DNA of 64,000 nucleotides from Flavobacteriales bacterium (GCA_947463125.1 CANHQZ010000002.1:46951-110950); one strand, 5' to 3'; shown: positions 16,594 to 27,540, counted from the stretch's first letter. Notes: generated by a model not told the origin, from the letters alone. Translations and numbers: made by a program.

Positions 16594-18855
16594 ATGGCAG
16601 ATAAGAAACTACTGGATGCACTCAGCTACCATGCTGATGGAAGACCCGGAAAGATAGAAGTTGTTACGACCAAACCCACCCAGACCCAGTTTGACCTGGC
16701 CCTGGCCTACAGCCCGGGCGTGGCAGAGCCCTGCCTAAAAATAGCTGAAAATACAGATGATGTATATAAGTATACAGCCAAAGGGAATCTGGTAGCTGTT
16801 ATCAGCAATGGTACTGCAGTTTTGGGTCTGGGCGATATCGGTCCTGAAGCCTCCAAGCCGGTAATGGAAGGAAAAGGTGTGCTGTTCAAAATTTTTGCCG
16901 ATATCGATGTTTTTGACATAGAACTCAACTGCAAGGATGTAGATGAATTTGTGCGCACGGTGAAAGCCATGGAACCTACTTTTGGCGGAATCAATCTTGA
17001 GGATATCAAGGCACCGGAGAGTTTTGAAATTGAAGAACGGTTAAAAGCCGAACTGAAAATTCCCATTATGCACGATGATCAGCATGGAACCGCCATTATC
17101 AGCGGAGCAGCGTTGCTGAATGCACTCCGGATTGTAAATAAGGAAATCGGAAAAATTAAAATGGTGGTAAACGGTGCCGGCGCCAGTGCTATCGCTTGCT
17201 CCAAACTCTTTGTGAGCCTTGGTGTTGACCCCAAAAACCTGGTCATGCTTGACAGCAAAGGCGTGATTCATGCGGAAAGAGCTGACCTGGATAAATACAA
17301 AAGCCAGTTTGTTACCACATCCAAAGCACGTACACTGGAGGAAGCTATGGCCGGTGCGGATGTATTCGTGGGGTTGTCCAAAGGGAATATCCTTTCACCG
17401 GAAATGATTCTGAGCATGGCTGAAAAGCCTGTGGTATTTGCCATGGCAAACCCCGATCCTGAGATTGATTACAAACTGGCCGTTTCTACCCGCCCCGATA
17501 TCCTGATGGCAACAGGCAGAAGCGATTATCCCAATCAGGTAAACAATGTGCTTGGTTTTCCATTTATTTTCCGCGGAGCACTGGATGTGCGTGCCACCGC
17601 CATCAATGAGGAAATGAAACTGGCCGCGGTGCGTGCCATTGCAGATTTGGCGCTCGAGCCGGTTCCTGAAGTGGTGATGATGGCCTACAATGATTACGAT
17701 CTGGATTTCGGCAGCAACTACATTATACCTAAACCTATGGATCCTCGACTGCTGACCACGGTGGCCCCTGCAGTGGCCAAAGCAGCCATGGATAGCGGTG
17801 TAGCCAGAAACCCCATCACCGACTGGGATGCTTATAAAGCTACCCTCAGAAAAAGACTTGGTATTGACAATGATTTTGTAAACCGCCTGGTGCAGCGCGC
17901 CAAAAAGCAACCCAAACGGGTGGTTTTTTCCGAAGCAGAAGACGTGAAAATCCTGCGTGCTGCGCAAACCTGCCTTAATGAGGGAATTGCTACACCCATA
18001 CTCCTGGGAAGGCCCCACCAGATTCGGAAAGTGATGGAGGAAAACAACATCGATCTGGGACAGGTAACCATGCTCGACCCGTGGACCGAAGATGCACTTT
18101 GTGAAGAATTTGGTGCATTGCTCTATGAAAAACGAAAGCGAAGCGGACTCACGCAGACCGAGGCGGTAAAAAATATGCGATATCGCAACTATTTCGGTGC
18201 CATGATGGTGGAAACCGGTAAATGCGATGCCCTCATCAGCGGATTAACCCGAAATTATCCCATTGCACTGCGTCCTATGCTAGAATGTATCAACGTTACA
18301 GGTGCGTCCAAACGCATTGCCGGCATGCACATTGTAATGACTAAAAATGGGCCTGTTTTCCTTTCAGATACCACGGTGAATATAGACTACAAGCCGGAAG
18401 AGCTGGTGGATCTGGTGCTGAAAGTGCACGAACGGGTTAGCAAGCTTCAGATCGATCCACGTATAGCGCTGGTTACCTACAGCAATTTTGGCAGCAGCCG
18501 CGGACCTGCACCCATGCAAATGAGAAAAGCCGTGGAAATGCTGCATGAGCATCACCCGCACATTCTGGTAGACGGTGAAATGCAAACCACTTACGCCATA
18601 GATGGAGAAGCGCGGATAAAGCAATATCCCTTCAATAAACTGGGCAACAAGCCTGCCAATACATTGATTTTTCCTGGCCTAAACAGCGGAAACGCTGCTT
18701 ATCAGCTGATGCGCGGTATGGGTATGGTAGACATCATTGGTCCAGTGCTGCTGGGCTTTGAAAAAAGCGTACACGTGCTTCATCACACCAGCAATGTGCG
18801 CGAAATTGTTAATATGGTAGCACTGGCTGTATGTGAGGCCCAGGAAAAATCATGA
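16594..18855 (+). CDS. maeB: NADP-dependent malic enzyme (malic enzyme fused to a PTA-like domain)
   Basis: 753 aa. Malic enzyme N-terminus ([14 protein letters not shown]) plus a C-terminal phosphate acetyltransferase-like domain. Confidence 0.9.
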   Translation: MADKKLLDALSYHADGRPGKIEVVTTKPTQTQFDLALAYSPGVAEPCLKIAENTDDVYKYTAKGNLVAVISNGTAVLGLGDIGPEASKPVMEGKGVLFKIFADIDVFDIELNCKDVDEFVRTVKAMEPTFGGINLEDIKAPESFEIEERLKAELKIPIMHDDQHGTAIISGAALLNALRIVNKEIGKIKMVVNGAGASAIACSKLFVSLGVDPKNLVMLDSKGVIHAERADLDKYKSQFVTTSKARTLEEAMAGADVFVGLSKGNILSPEMILSMAEKPVVFAMANPDPEIDYKLAVSTRPDILMATGRSDYPNQVNNVLGFPFIFRGALDVRATAINEEMKLAAVRAIADLALEPVPEVVMMAYNDYDLDFGSNYIIPKPMDPRLLTTVAPAVAKAAMDSGVARNPITDWDAYKATLRKRLGIDNDFVNRLVQRAKKQPKRVVFSEAEDVKILRAAQTCLNEGIATPILLGRPHQIRKVMEENNIDLGQVTMLDPWTEDALCEEFGALLYEKRKRSGLTQTEAVKNMRYRNYFGAMMVETGKCDALISGLTRNYPIALRPMLECINVTGASKRIAGMHIVMTKNGPVFLSDTTVNIDYKPEELVDLVLKVHERVSKLQIDPRIALVTYSNFGSSRGPAPMQMRKAVEMLHEHHPHILVDGEMQTTYAIDGEARIKQYPFNKLGNKPANTLIFPGLNSGNAAYQLMRGMGMVDIIGPVLLGFEKSVHVLHHTSNVREIVNMVALAVCEAQEKS

Positions 18856-19289
18856 TTTTGCCAAAACCGCAGCTGCTCGAATGGGGCAGTAAACTGCAAA
18901 TTCAGAGCATTGGACTCAGGTATGAGGTATTGAGAAAGCCGCTGGGATTGTGTTTTGCCCCAGAAGAATTACTGCAGGAAGAAACGCAATGGCATATAGG
19001 TATGGTAAGTGGTGAGCGTGTAGAAGGAATTTTGCTAATCAAATTCATCGGCGAAAACGTTGCCAAAATGCGCCAGGTGGCCGTGGCAGAATCTTCTCAG
19101 GGAAAAGGTATTGGAAAAGAAATGGTTCGTTATGCAGAATTGTTGTGCAGCCAGAATCACATTGAAAAAATAGAACTGCATGCACGCAAATCAGCAGTAC
19201 CTTTTTACCTGTCTTTGGGCTATCACACCGAAGGTGCTGAATTTGAAGAGGTGGGCATTCCCCATATAAAAATGTCGATTAAGCTATAA
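18852..19289 (+). CDS. GNAT family N-acetyltransferase
   Basis: Acetyl-CoA binding motif (RQVAVAESSQGKGIGKEMV). Its ATG overlaps the maeB stop (ATGA). Confidence 0.75.
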   Translation: MILPKPQLLEWGSKLQIQSIGLRYEVLRKPLGLCFAPEELLQEETQWHIGMVSGERVEGILLIKFIGENVAKMRQVAVAESSQGKGIGKEMVRYAELLCSQNHIEKIELHARKSAVPFYLSLGYHTEGAEFEEVGIPHIKMSIKL

Positions 19290-19290
19290 T

Positions 19291-20055
19291 TTAGCGGTAA
19301 CCGTGCCAGTTGCCGGTTTCTCTGCTGTATAGCCAGAAAATTCCGTTGGTGTATGCAAAATCTCCGCACAGTGGCTTGGGTCCGTTATCATCCAAAATCT
19401 GCAAAATTTTCGTGCACCTGCCGCTTCGGCTGTTATAAAGCAAAATTCGGTGTTGTCCACGGTCATACAGGCCTATCTCTGCATTCCTGATGCCCGTATA
19501 AACCACCCCCATGCTGTTTAATTCATTGTCAAAATCGTCAATATCCAGATGAAGAGGTGGTCGGTGGTGCGCATGTCTTATTTTATACCTGAATATGGCT
19601 TTATCATGATAGTACCACATTTCTTTTTTCCTTCCTGCCCACGCACCATTGCCAATAGCCACTGGGTTGTGAAGCGCATAAAACACATTTTCCGCATAGG
19701 CCGGCAAGCCTTCGCGCAAATGGATAACATACAGCCCTTCCATGCCCGAAGCATAGCTTTTAAGTATTTTTCCGGCGCCCTCCAGCCACAAGCTTCCGGG
19801 GTCAAATGGCAATAAGTAGGGTGATTTTAAGGCCTTGCCTTTTTCGTCATACATAAACAACCACCGCTCTCCATTGCCCGAAACAGCCGCATAATACCGT
19901 TTCATCCCCGGGTTCCATACAACCGAAACACCCATACCACCCGGAGCTCTGCCGGAAATAAGTTCTGTCGCAGGTTTGATTTGTCGCACCGGTTGTGCTT
20001 CCAGTTCACAGTTTATGGATAGCAGCATGCAAAACGACAGAATAGTTATTTTCAC
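19291..20055 (-). CDS. Secreted hypothetical protein
   Basis: 254 aa with a signal peptide (MKITILSFCMLLSINCELEAQ). It is Trp/Tyr/Gly-rich and may be a beta-propeller. I recognise no family. Confidence 0.5.
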   Translation of the reverse strand: MKITILSFCMLLSINCELEAQPVRQIKPATELISGRAPGGMGVSVVWNPGMKRYYAAVSGNGERWLFMYDEKGKALKSPYLLPFDPGSLWLEGAGKILKSYASGMEGLYVIHLREGLPAYAENVFYALHNPVAIGNGAWAGRKKEMWYYHDKAIFRYKIRHAHHRPPLHLDIDDFDNELNSMGVVYTGIRNAEIGLYDRGQHRILLYNSRSGRCTKILQILDDNGPKPLCGDFAYTNGIFWLYSRETGNWHGYR

Positions 20056-20190
20056 TATTGCAAGTAGGGGTATTTGCCTGTGAATAGGAATGACACCGCG
20101 TGATTACTTAACTGCTTTACATCATGAAAAACCTCATCGTATTTTAGGTGTTTTTAATCTGAATTGAGCATGTTGGCAAGTGGGAGCACG

Positions 20191-20198
20191 TATATTTG
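20191..20198 (+). promoter_or_regulatory. Candidate -7 element (TATATTTG) immediately upstream of the rseP ATG at 20206
   Basis: Exact TAnnTTTG match ending 8 nt before the ATG. This suggests a leaderless or near-leaderless rseP mRNA if the 20206 start is correct. Confidence 0.3.
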
Positions 20199-20205
20199 TA
20201 GCTTT

Positions 20206-21552
20206 ATGGGAACCCTGATTACCGTTTCACAGTTTTTACTGGCACTGTCCATTCTGATCATTCTTCACGAACTGGGGCATTTTCTCGCGGCGCGCTTTTT
20301 TGGTATTAAAGTTGAAAAATTCTATCTCTTTTTCGATGCCTGGGGAGTAAAGCTGTTTAAATTCAGAAAAGGCGACACCGAATACGGAATAGGCTGGCTG
20401 CCATTGGGCGGATATGTAAAGATTGCCGGCATGGTAGATGAAAGCCTTGATTCAGAGCAATTGAAAACAGAGCCGCAGTCCTGGGAGTTTCGCAGCAAGC
20501 CGGCCTGGCAGCGCCTGATTGTAATGATAGGCGGGGTTACCGTTAATCTGTTGCTGGGCGTTTTGATTTTCTGGATGATGATATGGACGCAGGGTGAAAA
20601 GTATGTTCCTACCTCCGCTGTCAATGAAGCTGGAGGTATTTATGCCGGCCCGCTCGGAAGAAAAATCGGATTTCAGACAGGGGATAAGATTATTGCATTT
20701 AATGGTAAGGCAAGTGAGAATTTTCTGGAAGAATTTGCCAATCCGGACTTCATTATGGGCGGGAAGCATGAAGTAAGCATTAACAGAAATGGGAAGGATA
20801 CAACACTCAGTCTTCCGGCCAATCTCGAGGAGATACTGGCTGAAAAATCAGAGTTGCCCATCATTTCTCCCCGTTTTAATTTCAAAATTGCTACTGTTGT
20901 GGACGGAACTCCTGCATCAAAAGCAGGATTGGCCAAGGAAGATATCATCATCGCAATTGACAGTCAGAAAGTGGCCGGTTTTCTGGATTTTAAAGAGCTG
21001 ATTCAGCAGAAAAAAAATAAAACCATTGTACTGACCGTACTCAAAGACAAAGCCACTGAGACTTCCAATGTAACCTTGAAGGTAGAGCCCGATGGCACCA
21101 TCGGTTTTAAGCCGCAGCTGTTTGGGTTTGAAGACAAGCAGAAGTCTATTCAGTACGGTTTCTTTGAATCTGCTGCGATGGGTACCCGGAAGGCATTTTC
21201 ATTTCTGGCCGCCAATGCCATGGGCTTTGGTAAAATTCTAAGTGGTGATGTGGATCCACGTAAATCACTGGCGGGTCCTGTTGGTATGGCACAAATGTAT
21301 GGTTCTACCTGGGACTGGGTTAACTTTTGGGGGCTCACAGCCATGATTTCACTGGGGCTTGCATTCCTGAATATCTTGCCCATACCGGCACTGGACGGGG
21401 GCCATGTAATGTTTTTGCTCTGGGAAATGATTACCCGAAAGCCTGTAAGCGAAAAAGCCCTTTACGTTGGGCAGGTTATCGGTATGGTTATTTTGGGTTC
21501 ACTCATGATTTTTATCTTCTGGGTAGATATTGCGCGCGCCCTTGGTTTTTAA
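20206..21552 (+). CDS. rseP: RIP metalloprotease RseP (site-2 protease)
   Basis: HExxH in TM1 (ILHELGHFLAARFFG), PDZ domains, and a C-terminal LDGG motif (NILPIPALDGGHV). The start was trimmed from the track's 20164. Confidence 0.85.
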   Translation: MGTLITVSQFLLALSILIILHELGHFLAARFFGIKVEKFYLFFDAWGVKLFKFRKGDTEYGIGWLPLGGYVKIAGMVDESLDSEQLKTEPQSWEFRSKPAWQRLIVMIGGVTVNLLLGVLIFWMMIWTQGEKYVPTSAVNEAGGIYAGPLGRKIGFQTGDKIIAFNGKASENFLEEFANPDFIMGGKHEVSINRNGKDTTLSLPANLEEILAEKSELPIISPRFNFKIATVVDGTPASKAGLAKEDIIIAIDSQKVAGFLDFKELIQQKKNKTIVLTVLKDKATETSNVTLKVEPDGTIGFKPQLFGFEDKQKSIQYGFFESAAMGTRKAFSFLAANAMGFGKILSGDVDPRKSLAGPVGMAQMYGSTWDWVNFWGLTAMISLGLAFLNILPIPALDGGHVMFLLWEMITRKPVSEKALYVGQVIGMVILGSLMIFIFWVDIARALGF

Positions 21553-21558
21553 AGCCGG

Positions 21559-22074
21559 ATGAACCCGTTTGCCTTTTTTGATATAGAACCATCTTTTCAG
21601 GTTGATTCAGCTGATTTACGTAAACGTTTTTTAGCCAATCAGCGAAAATGGCATCCCGATTTTCATGCAGCCAACGAGCAAATGCACCGTCAGGCGCTGG
21701 AGCAAACAGCCGCCAACAATGAGGCTTTTGCTTTGCTGTCTGATACTTACAGCAGGGTAAAATGCCTGCTTTCCATTCACGGAATAGATGCGGAGAAAGA
21801 ACAGGTACTGCCTCAGGATTTTTTAATGGAAATGATGGAATTAAGTGATCTGATTGAAGATGCAATTGCCGGAAACCAGAACAGCAGGGAAGAAGCGGAG
21901 GCCCAAATAGGTCAATACTTTCACAAAAACGATAATACACTTAATTTTCTCTCAAAAGAGGCAGATGTATCCGGTTTTTCACGGGAAATACTACTGAAAG
22001 CAGCTGCTGTATACCAGCAGCACCGCTACCTGACCCGCCTGCGCAAAAATCTTTCGGGGATTACAGAACTCTGA
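21559..22074 (+). CDS. J-domain co-chaperone, HscB-like
   Basis: 171 aa with an HPD motif (RKWHPDF) in an N-terminal J-like domain and a helical C-terminal domain. Confidence 0.5.
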   Translation: MNPFAFFDIEPSFQVDSADLRKRFLANQRKWHPDFHAANEQMHRQALEQTAANNEAFALLSDTYSRVKCLLSIHGIDAEKEQVLPQDFLMEMMELSDLIEDAIAGNQNSREEAEAQIGQYFHKNDNTLNFLSKEADVSGFSREILLKAAAVYQQHRYLTRLRKNLSGITEL

Positions 22075-22106
22075 TCATTATTCGTAAGTTTGCCGTATCA
22101 ATCGCG

Positions 22107-22601
22107 ATGACAACTGCAAAAACCAAAATTCTCAGCCACTCTGAAATCCTTACCAAGCTGGAAAGAATGGCCTGTGAGATATGCGAAAAGCACATCCAAA
22201 GTGGCGAATTGGTGATTTGTGGCTTGAATAGCAGGGGATTTGCCCTGTCCAAGCTGTTGGGCGAAAAAATAAGCGCCATTGATTCTCAGTTGAAGGTGGT
22301 GCATGTAAATGCAGTGGTGGAAAAGGATGCTGTTGAGTTTACACCTGCGGCTGAATTTACAGGTAAACATGTGCTGGTTATGGATGACGTTATAAACACA
22401 GGAAGTACGCTAATGCTGGTTTTATCGGAAATTTACCGCCAAAGACCTGTCAGTATCGGAACTGTGTTTCTGGCCAAGCGCGAACACCGCAATTTTCCCG
22501 TAAAGGCCGATTATGTGGGTGTTTCTATTGCTACTACCCTGCAGGAGCATGTGCAGTTTGATAGCACGGATTCTAACAACCTATCCGTGTATCTCGTTTA
22601 A
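22107..22601 (+). CDS. Phosphoribosyltransferase family protein (PyrR-like)
   Basis: PRPP-binding motif VLVMDDVINTGST. The size and layout resemble the PyrR/UPRTase regulator. Confidence 0.6.
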   Translation: MTTAKTKILSHSEILTKLERMACEICEKHIQSGELVICGLNSRGFALSKLLGEKISAIDSQLKVVHVNAVVEKDAVEFTPAAEFTGKHVLVMDDVINTGSTLMLVLSEIYRQRPVSIGTVFLAKREHRNFPVKADYVGVSIATTLQEHVQFDSTDSNNLSVYLV

Positions 22602-22602
22602 A

Positions 22603-23868
22603 TTATTCCTCCACGTAGTTGAGCTCCTTGTGAAAGCTCTCTTTAACCGTGTAGGTTCCCCAAAGTGACAGCAATATACAGATGGCCCCAACAATAATGG
22701 CGGCGTAGGAATTGGGCATGCCTCCTATGTTCAGTTCAGATAAAGCCGTAAAGCCCAGCGTGATAGGAACCACGCCACCGCGAACAAAGTTGGGAACCGT
22801 AGCCGTTACCGTGCTTCGGATGTTGGTGCCAAACTGCTCGCTGGCATTGGTTACGAACAAGGCCCAGTAACCGGTGGCAAGACCCAGCAGGTAACTCATG
22901 GTTTTGAGTCCTGCGGGGGAAAGATTGTGGTTGAATAAATATACGCAGGTAAGCACTGCAATGCCAAACAGATTTAGGAAAATAACCCTGCGGCGGCTCT
23001 TGAAAAGCTGAGATAGCAATCCGGAAAGCAAATCGCCGCTGCTTAGGCCCAGATAGCTCCACATTACCATTTCAGAGGTTTTAATCTGACCCACTGCACC
23101 GGGATGGTTTTCGGCAATGAATTTATGGGAGAGCGCTATCAGTACACCCACAACAAACCATACCGGCAATCCAATAACGATGCAGGCCAGGTATTTCTTA
23201 AAGGTGGGCCAGTCGCGCAACAGCATGAAGAAATTCCCCTTGACAACGTTGGTTTGCTTCAGCTCATGAAACATTGTGCTTTCAAAGGTTCCGGCACGCA
23301 AGGCAAGCAATACTAATCCCAAAACACCCCCCATGATATAGGCTGTCTGCCAGTTTTCAATTTTGGCTCCGGTAAAATCCTGTAAAATGGAACTAAGCTG
23401 ACTAAGGTTGGAAACCCAAAAGGCGAAAACAGCACCCAGAGCGCCGAAGGTCACAATAATCATGGTGCCAATGCCGCGCTTTTTGGTGGGCATGCTTTCG
23501 GCCACCAGGGTAATTGCAGCGCCCAGTTCTCCGGCCAGGCCTACACCCGCAATAAAGCGCCAGATAGAGTATTCAGTGAGGTTGGTGACAAAAGCATTGG
23601 CAATGTTGGCAATACTGTATAGCAGAATGCTTCCGAAAAGAACTGAAACACGGCCCTTTCGGTCGCCCCAGATACCCCAGAGCAAGCCGCCCACCAGCAT
23701 GCCGGTCATCTGCCAGTTAAAAAGCGTGGTTTCAAATTCCGGAGCAATGTTCAGCGATTCCATGCTCTCTTTTTTAATGATATTGAAGAGAATCAGGTCG
23801 TATATGTCCACAAAATAGCCCAAAGAGGCCACGATTATCAGTAATACAATGTTCTTTTTACCTGCCAT
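22603..23868 (-). CDS. MFS transporter
   Basis: 421 aa with ~12 predicted TM helices. MFS loop motif (GIWGDRKGRV). Confidence 0.8.
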   Translation of the reverse strand: MAGKKNIVLLIIVASLGYFVDIYDLILFNIIKKESMESLNIAPEFETTLFNWQMTGMLVGGLLWGIWGDRKGRVSVLFGSILLYSIANIANAFVTNLTEYSIWRFIAGVGLAGELGAAITLVAESMPTKKRGIGTMIIVTFGALGAVFAFWVSNLSQLSSILQDFTGAKIENWQTAYIMGGVLGLVLLALRAGTFESTMFHELKQTNVVKGNFFMLLRDWPTFKKYLACIVIGLPVWFVVGVLIALSHKFIAENHPGAVGQIKTSEMVMWSYLGLSSGDLLSGLLSQLFKSRRRVIFLNLFGIAVLTCVYLFNHNLSPAGLKTMSYLLGLATGYWALFVTNASEQFGTNIRSTVTATVPNFVRGGVVPITLGFTALSELNIGGMPNSYAAIIVGAICILLSLWGTYTVKESFHKELNYVEE

Positions 23869-23877
23869 GCCGTTTGC

Positions 23878-24351
23878 TTAAAAGAGATTTTCCAAAGTTG
23901 CACAAATTTTCTCCAGAAACAAGCGGTCCGTTTCATCAAAACAGGAAAAATGTTCGCTGTCTGCGTCCAAAACGGCCACCACAGTTCCGTTTTTTCTAAT
24001 GGGTATCACAATTTCACTGTTGCTTTCTGCGGAGCAGGCAATATGCCCGGGAAAAGCGTGTACATCCTCCACCACAATGGATTGGTTTTGCGCCCAGGAT
24101 GTGCCGCAAACTCCTTTGCCATGCGCAATGCGTGTGCAGGCTACCGGGCCCTGAAATGGTCCGAGAACCAGTTCATTGTTCTTTACCAGATAAAATCCTA
24201 CCCACCACCAGTGAAAGGTGTTCTTCAAAACCGCTGAAACATTGGCAAGTCCGGCAGTTTGGTCTTTTTCAGATTCAATCAGACCCTCAATTTGAAGTAG
24301 TGCATTTTGGTACAGGTTCTCTTTCTCGGAGTAAGTTGGGTTGTTAATCAT
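23878..24351 (-). CDS. GAF domain protein (free methionine-(R)-sulfoxide reductase-like)
   Basis: 157 aa single GAF fold with conserved Cys residues (ACTRIAHGKGVCGTS...IACSAESNSEIVIPI), as in the MsrC/YebR family. Confidence 0.6.
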   Translation of the reverse strand: MINNPTYSEKENLYQNALLQIEGLIESEKDQTAGLANVSAVLKNTFHWWWVGFYLVKNNELVLGPFQGPVACTRIAHGKGVCGTSWAQNQSIVVEDVHAFPGHIACSAESNSEIVIPIRKNGTVVAVLDADSEHFSCFDETDRLFLEKICATLENLF

Positions 24352-24443
24352 GTTTAACGTGGATAAATGGTTGCGAAAATAAGACGAAAAGGTTTGTGAG
24401 GCTGCCGTGAATGTCGTTAGTTTGAAGGTTTAACTTGTGAAGT

Positions 24444-27400
24444 ATGGCAATGGAAGTGGTGAATACCCGGCCGTTTGAGGTGGTTTTTACATTTGTAAGA
24501 CATCCGTATTTCGGTTTGCTGGTAGAGGCTAACGCCGTACAATTGCTGGCCAACGGAGATTACTCGCTTACTTTCCAGCGGGTGAGGCAGCAAACAACCG
24601 ATTATTTTAACCTGAACAACGAACAAACCGAGGTCGTTAAGATACTGGAGGAGTTTGAGGTGGATGGTATCATGAAGCGTTTTTATACAGGAAATAAACG
24701 CATCCGTTCCAATGAATTTTTACTGAAACACTACACGCCGGTACTCCATAAAATAGTTAGACCATACATTGAGAAGAAGCTGTCTAAAGTATTGGATATC
24801 ATTAAGAATTATCCAATGTACTGGGCGGGAAAAACCGGGCAGGCGCAGGGTGAAGAAATTCATTACTCAGAAGAGCCGGCCACGGTTCTCTTTCATTTCA
24901 GGAGGGATGAACAGGGAACCAATTACTTTGCAACCATCCGAAGCAACAATGAAAAGGTAGATTTTTACCACAACGACTCAGAAATCATTTCAGAAAATCC
25001 GGCGTGGCTGATTACCCCAAACAAACTGCTGTATTTTCCAAAGCACATAGACGGCAAGAAAATTCGCCCATTTTTAAGCAAGAAATATATTCATGTTGAG
25101 CCTCATCAGGAAGACAGCTACATGGACAAGTTTGTGAAACCCCTGCTCGAAAACCATGATGTTTTTGCCAAAGGTTTGCAGATCGTAACGGAGCAGCTGC
25201 CTGCAAGGCCCGTGATCAGGCTCAACAAGTTGTTTCAGGATAAGCAGTATCTGAGTCTGTATTTTCAATACGGCGGCTGGAATTTTCCTTTTCATATTCA
25301 TAAAAAAGTCAATGTATCCCTGGAAAAACAGGGTAATGATTTCATTTTCCACCGCATCCGGCGATCACTAAGCCTGGAAAGCGAAAAAATTGCCTTGCTG
25401 AAAGAGCTGGGCCTTGAAAACGTGGAGGGAAGTCTGTTTGCATTGGAAAATGCCGGTCAGTCCTATGAGCTTATTTCCTGGCTGAATACCAACGCTGAAA
25501 TGCTTCAGCGCAATGGATTTCAGGTAGATCAGGAAGCCTCGGATGTGAAGTTTTACCTTGGTTCCGTAAACCTGGAAGTGAAGCTGACAAAAGGTGCCGA
25601 CTGGTTCGATGTAATGGCAGTGGTTCGCTTTGGCACTTTTGAAGTGCCTTTCATACGTCTCAGAAAGAACATTCTTGAAAAACGCAGGGAATTTGTTTTG
25701 CCAAACGGCGAAATTGCTATTTTGCCGGATGAATGGTTTACCCGTTTTGGGAAAATAGCCCATCTGGCAGAGGTGGAAGGAGACTGCTTCCGGGTTCGCA
25801 ACATGCATTTTTCGCTGCTGGATGATTTGTCGGATTATGTGGATGTGGAAGTGGCAAAGTCCGGCTGGGAAAAGCTGCTTCAATCCGACAATATCCCTGA
25901 ATATCCGCTTCCTCAGGGAATGAATGCCGAACTCAGGCATTATCAGGCTGAAGGATACAGCTGGATTCGTTTCCTGTTTGAGCATCGCATTGGTGCACTG
26001 CTGGCAGACGATATGGGTCTGGGTAAAACACTGCAAACCCTGGCGGTTATCAAACACATTTCCGGATTGCCGGTGGCCGAATTAGAGGGAGAAAAAACCA
26101 TCATAACCGGGGAAACGCCGGTAACAGCAGAAATACCGCAACTGGATTTGTTTACACCCGCAGAAACCTTGCTTTCAGGATCAGCCACGCTCACAGATTC
26201 GGCAGAAAAGCACATGCCATGTCTTGTAATTGCGCCAAAATCATTGCTGTATAACTGGCAGGCAGAAGCCGAAAAGTTTTGTCCATCGCTGAAAACGCTT
26301 ATTTACACCGGAATTTCACGCAATAGGCTCTTGCCGAAGTTTTCGCAGAGTGACCTGATTATCATGAGTTACGGTACCATGCGCAACGACATTGAAGAAT
26401 TGCACCGCATTCCATTCAGGCTGGTTGTGATTGATGAAAGTCAGGCCATTAAAAATCCCACATCCCTCACTGCCAGAAGCTTATTGAGAATGGACGCACA
26501 ATACCGTCTGGCGCTTACAGGAACGCCCATTGAAAACACCTTGCTGGATGTGTGGAGTCAGATGAATTTTCTGAACCGTGGATTGCTTGGTTCCTACGGC
26601 TATTTTGAAAAGAATTTTATCCGTCCTATCGAGAAAAATCAGGATGCCGGTCGTACGGCAGAATTAAAGAGAATACTGGATCCTTTCGTACTACGCCGAA
26701 CCAAAAAACAGGTGGCCAAAGAACTTCCGCCCAAGATAGAGAAGGTGCATTTCTGTGAAATGACGCCCGAGCAGGCGGAATGTTACGAGAAAACGAAAAG
26801 TCAGTACAGAAACGAAATACTGGAACATGTGAGCCAGGTAGGAATGTCACGTTCCCGATTGAAGATATTCAACGGATTAATGCATTTAAGACAACTTGCT
26901 TTGAATCCGATACTGAAAGACAATGATTATGAAGGGCAATCGGGTAAAGACGATGAAATAAGGCGAATGCTTCAGCGTGCGGTGGAAGGCGGGCACAAGG
27001 TGCTGCTGTTTAGTCAGTTTGTGAGCTATCTTTCTGTTTTCGAAGACATGCTGCAGGCCGATGGAATAGAATACAGTTATCTTGACGGAAGCATGGACGA
27101 AAAGGAAAGGGCGGAGGCCATAAAACGCTTTCAGGAAAATGAAAATGTAAAAGTGTTTTTGTTGAGTTTGCGCGCCGGAAACGCCGGACTCAATCTTACG
27201 GCAGCTGATTATGTGTTTCTGGCCGATCCCTGGTGGAATCCTTTTACCATGCGCCAGGCCGAAGATAGAGCACACCGCATCGGGCAGGATAAAACAGTGT
27301 TTTCGTATAAGTTTATTACAAAAAATACCATTGAGGAGAAAATTCTCGAGCTGCAGAAAAAGAAAACCCATCTTGCAGAAAGCATTATCCCCGACGAAGA

Positions 27401-27452
27401 CAGTATACTTTCAGGCTTGAATATGCAGGAGCTGGAGGAACTACTTGCCTGA
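24444..27452 (+). CDS. SNF2-family DEAD/DEAH-box helicase with an N-terminal bacterial SNF2-associated domain
   Basis: Motif I DDMGLGKT, motif II VVIDESQAIKN, LTGTPIENTL, and helicase-C motifs (LLSLRAGNAGLNLTAAD...QAEDRAHRIGQ). The ~500-aa N-terminal region precedes the ATPase core. Confidence 0.85.
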   Translation: MAMEVVNTRPFEVVFTFVRHPYFGLLVEANAVQLLANGDYSLTFQRVRQQTTDYFNLNNEQTEVVKILEEFEVDGIMKRFYTGNKRIRSNEFLLKHYTPVLHKIVRPYIEKKLSKVLDIIKNYPMYWAGKTGQAQGEEIHYSEEPATVLFHFRRDEQGTNYFATIRSNNEKVDFYHNDSEIISENPAWLITPNKLLYFPKHIDGKKIRPFLSKKYIHVEPHQEDSYMDKFVKPLLENHDVFAKGLQIVTEQLPARPVIRLNKLFQDKQYLSLYFQYGGWNFPFHIHKKVNVSLEKQGNDFIFHRIRRSLSLESEKIALLKELGLENVEGSLFALENAGQSYELISWLNTNAEMLQRNGFQVDQEASDVKFYLGSVNLEVKLTKGADWFDVMAVVRFGTFEVPFIRLRKNILEKRREFVLPNGEIAILPDEWFTRFGKIAHLAEVEGDCFRVRNMHFSLLDDLSDYVDVEVAKSGWEKLLQSDNIPEYPLPQGMNAELRHYQAEGYSWIRFLFEHRIGALLADDMGLGKTLQTLAVIKHISGLPVAELEGEKTIITGETPVTAEIPQLDLFTPAETLLSGSATLTDSAEKHMPCLVIAPKSLLYNWQAEAEKFCPSLKTLIYTGISRNRLLPKFSQSDLIIMSYGTMRNDIEELHRIPFRLVVIDESQAIKNPTSLTARSLLRMDAQYRLALTGTPIENTLLDVWSQMNFLNRGLLGSYGYFEKNFIRPIEKNQDAGRTAELKRILDPFVLRRTKKQVAKELPPKIEKVHFCEMTPEQAECYEKTKSQYRNEILEHVSQVGMSRSRLKIFNGLMHLRQLALNPILKDNDYEGQSGKDDEIRRMLQRAVEGGHKVLLFSQFVSYLSVFEDMLQADGIEYSYLDGSMDEKERAEAIKRFQENENVKVFLLSLRAGNAGLNLTAADYVFLADPWWNPFTMRQAEDRAHRIGQDKTVFSYKFITKNTIEEKILELQKKKTHLAESIIPDEDSILSGLNMQELEELLA

Positions 27453-27540
27453 AAGCGGTAAAAAAAGCCTTTGATTTCAGCGCTATTATTAGGATATTTG
27501 CATACTTTTTTGTATATTAATTATTCTAATTATTGTAACC

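Noticed and set aside
17395-18018. 207-aa minus-strand ORF, with a neighbour at 16707..17066
   Set aside because: They lie inside maeB on the opposite strand. They are His/Gly-rich low-complexity translations typical of antisense frames.
25368-26057. 229-aa minus-strand ORF
   Set aside because: It is antisense to the SNF2 helicase core (motifs I-II lie on the + strand here).
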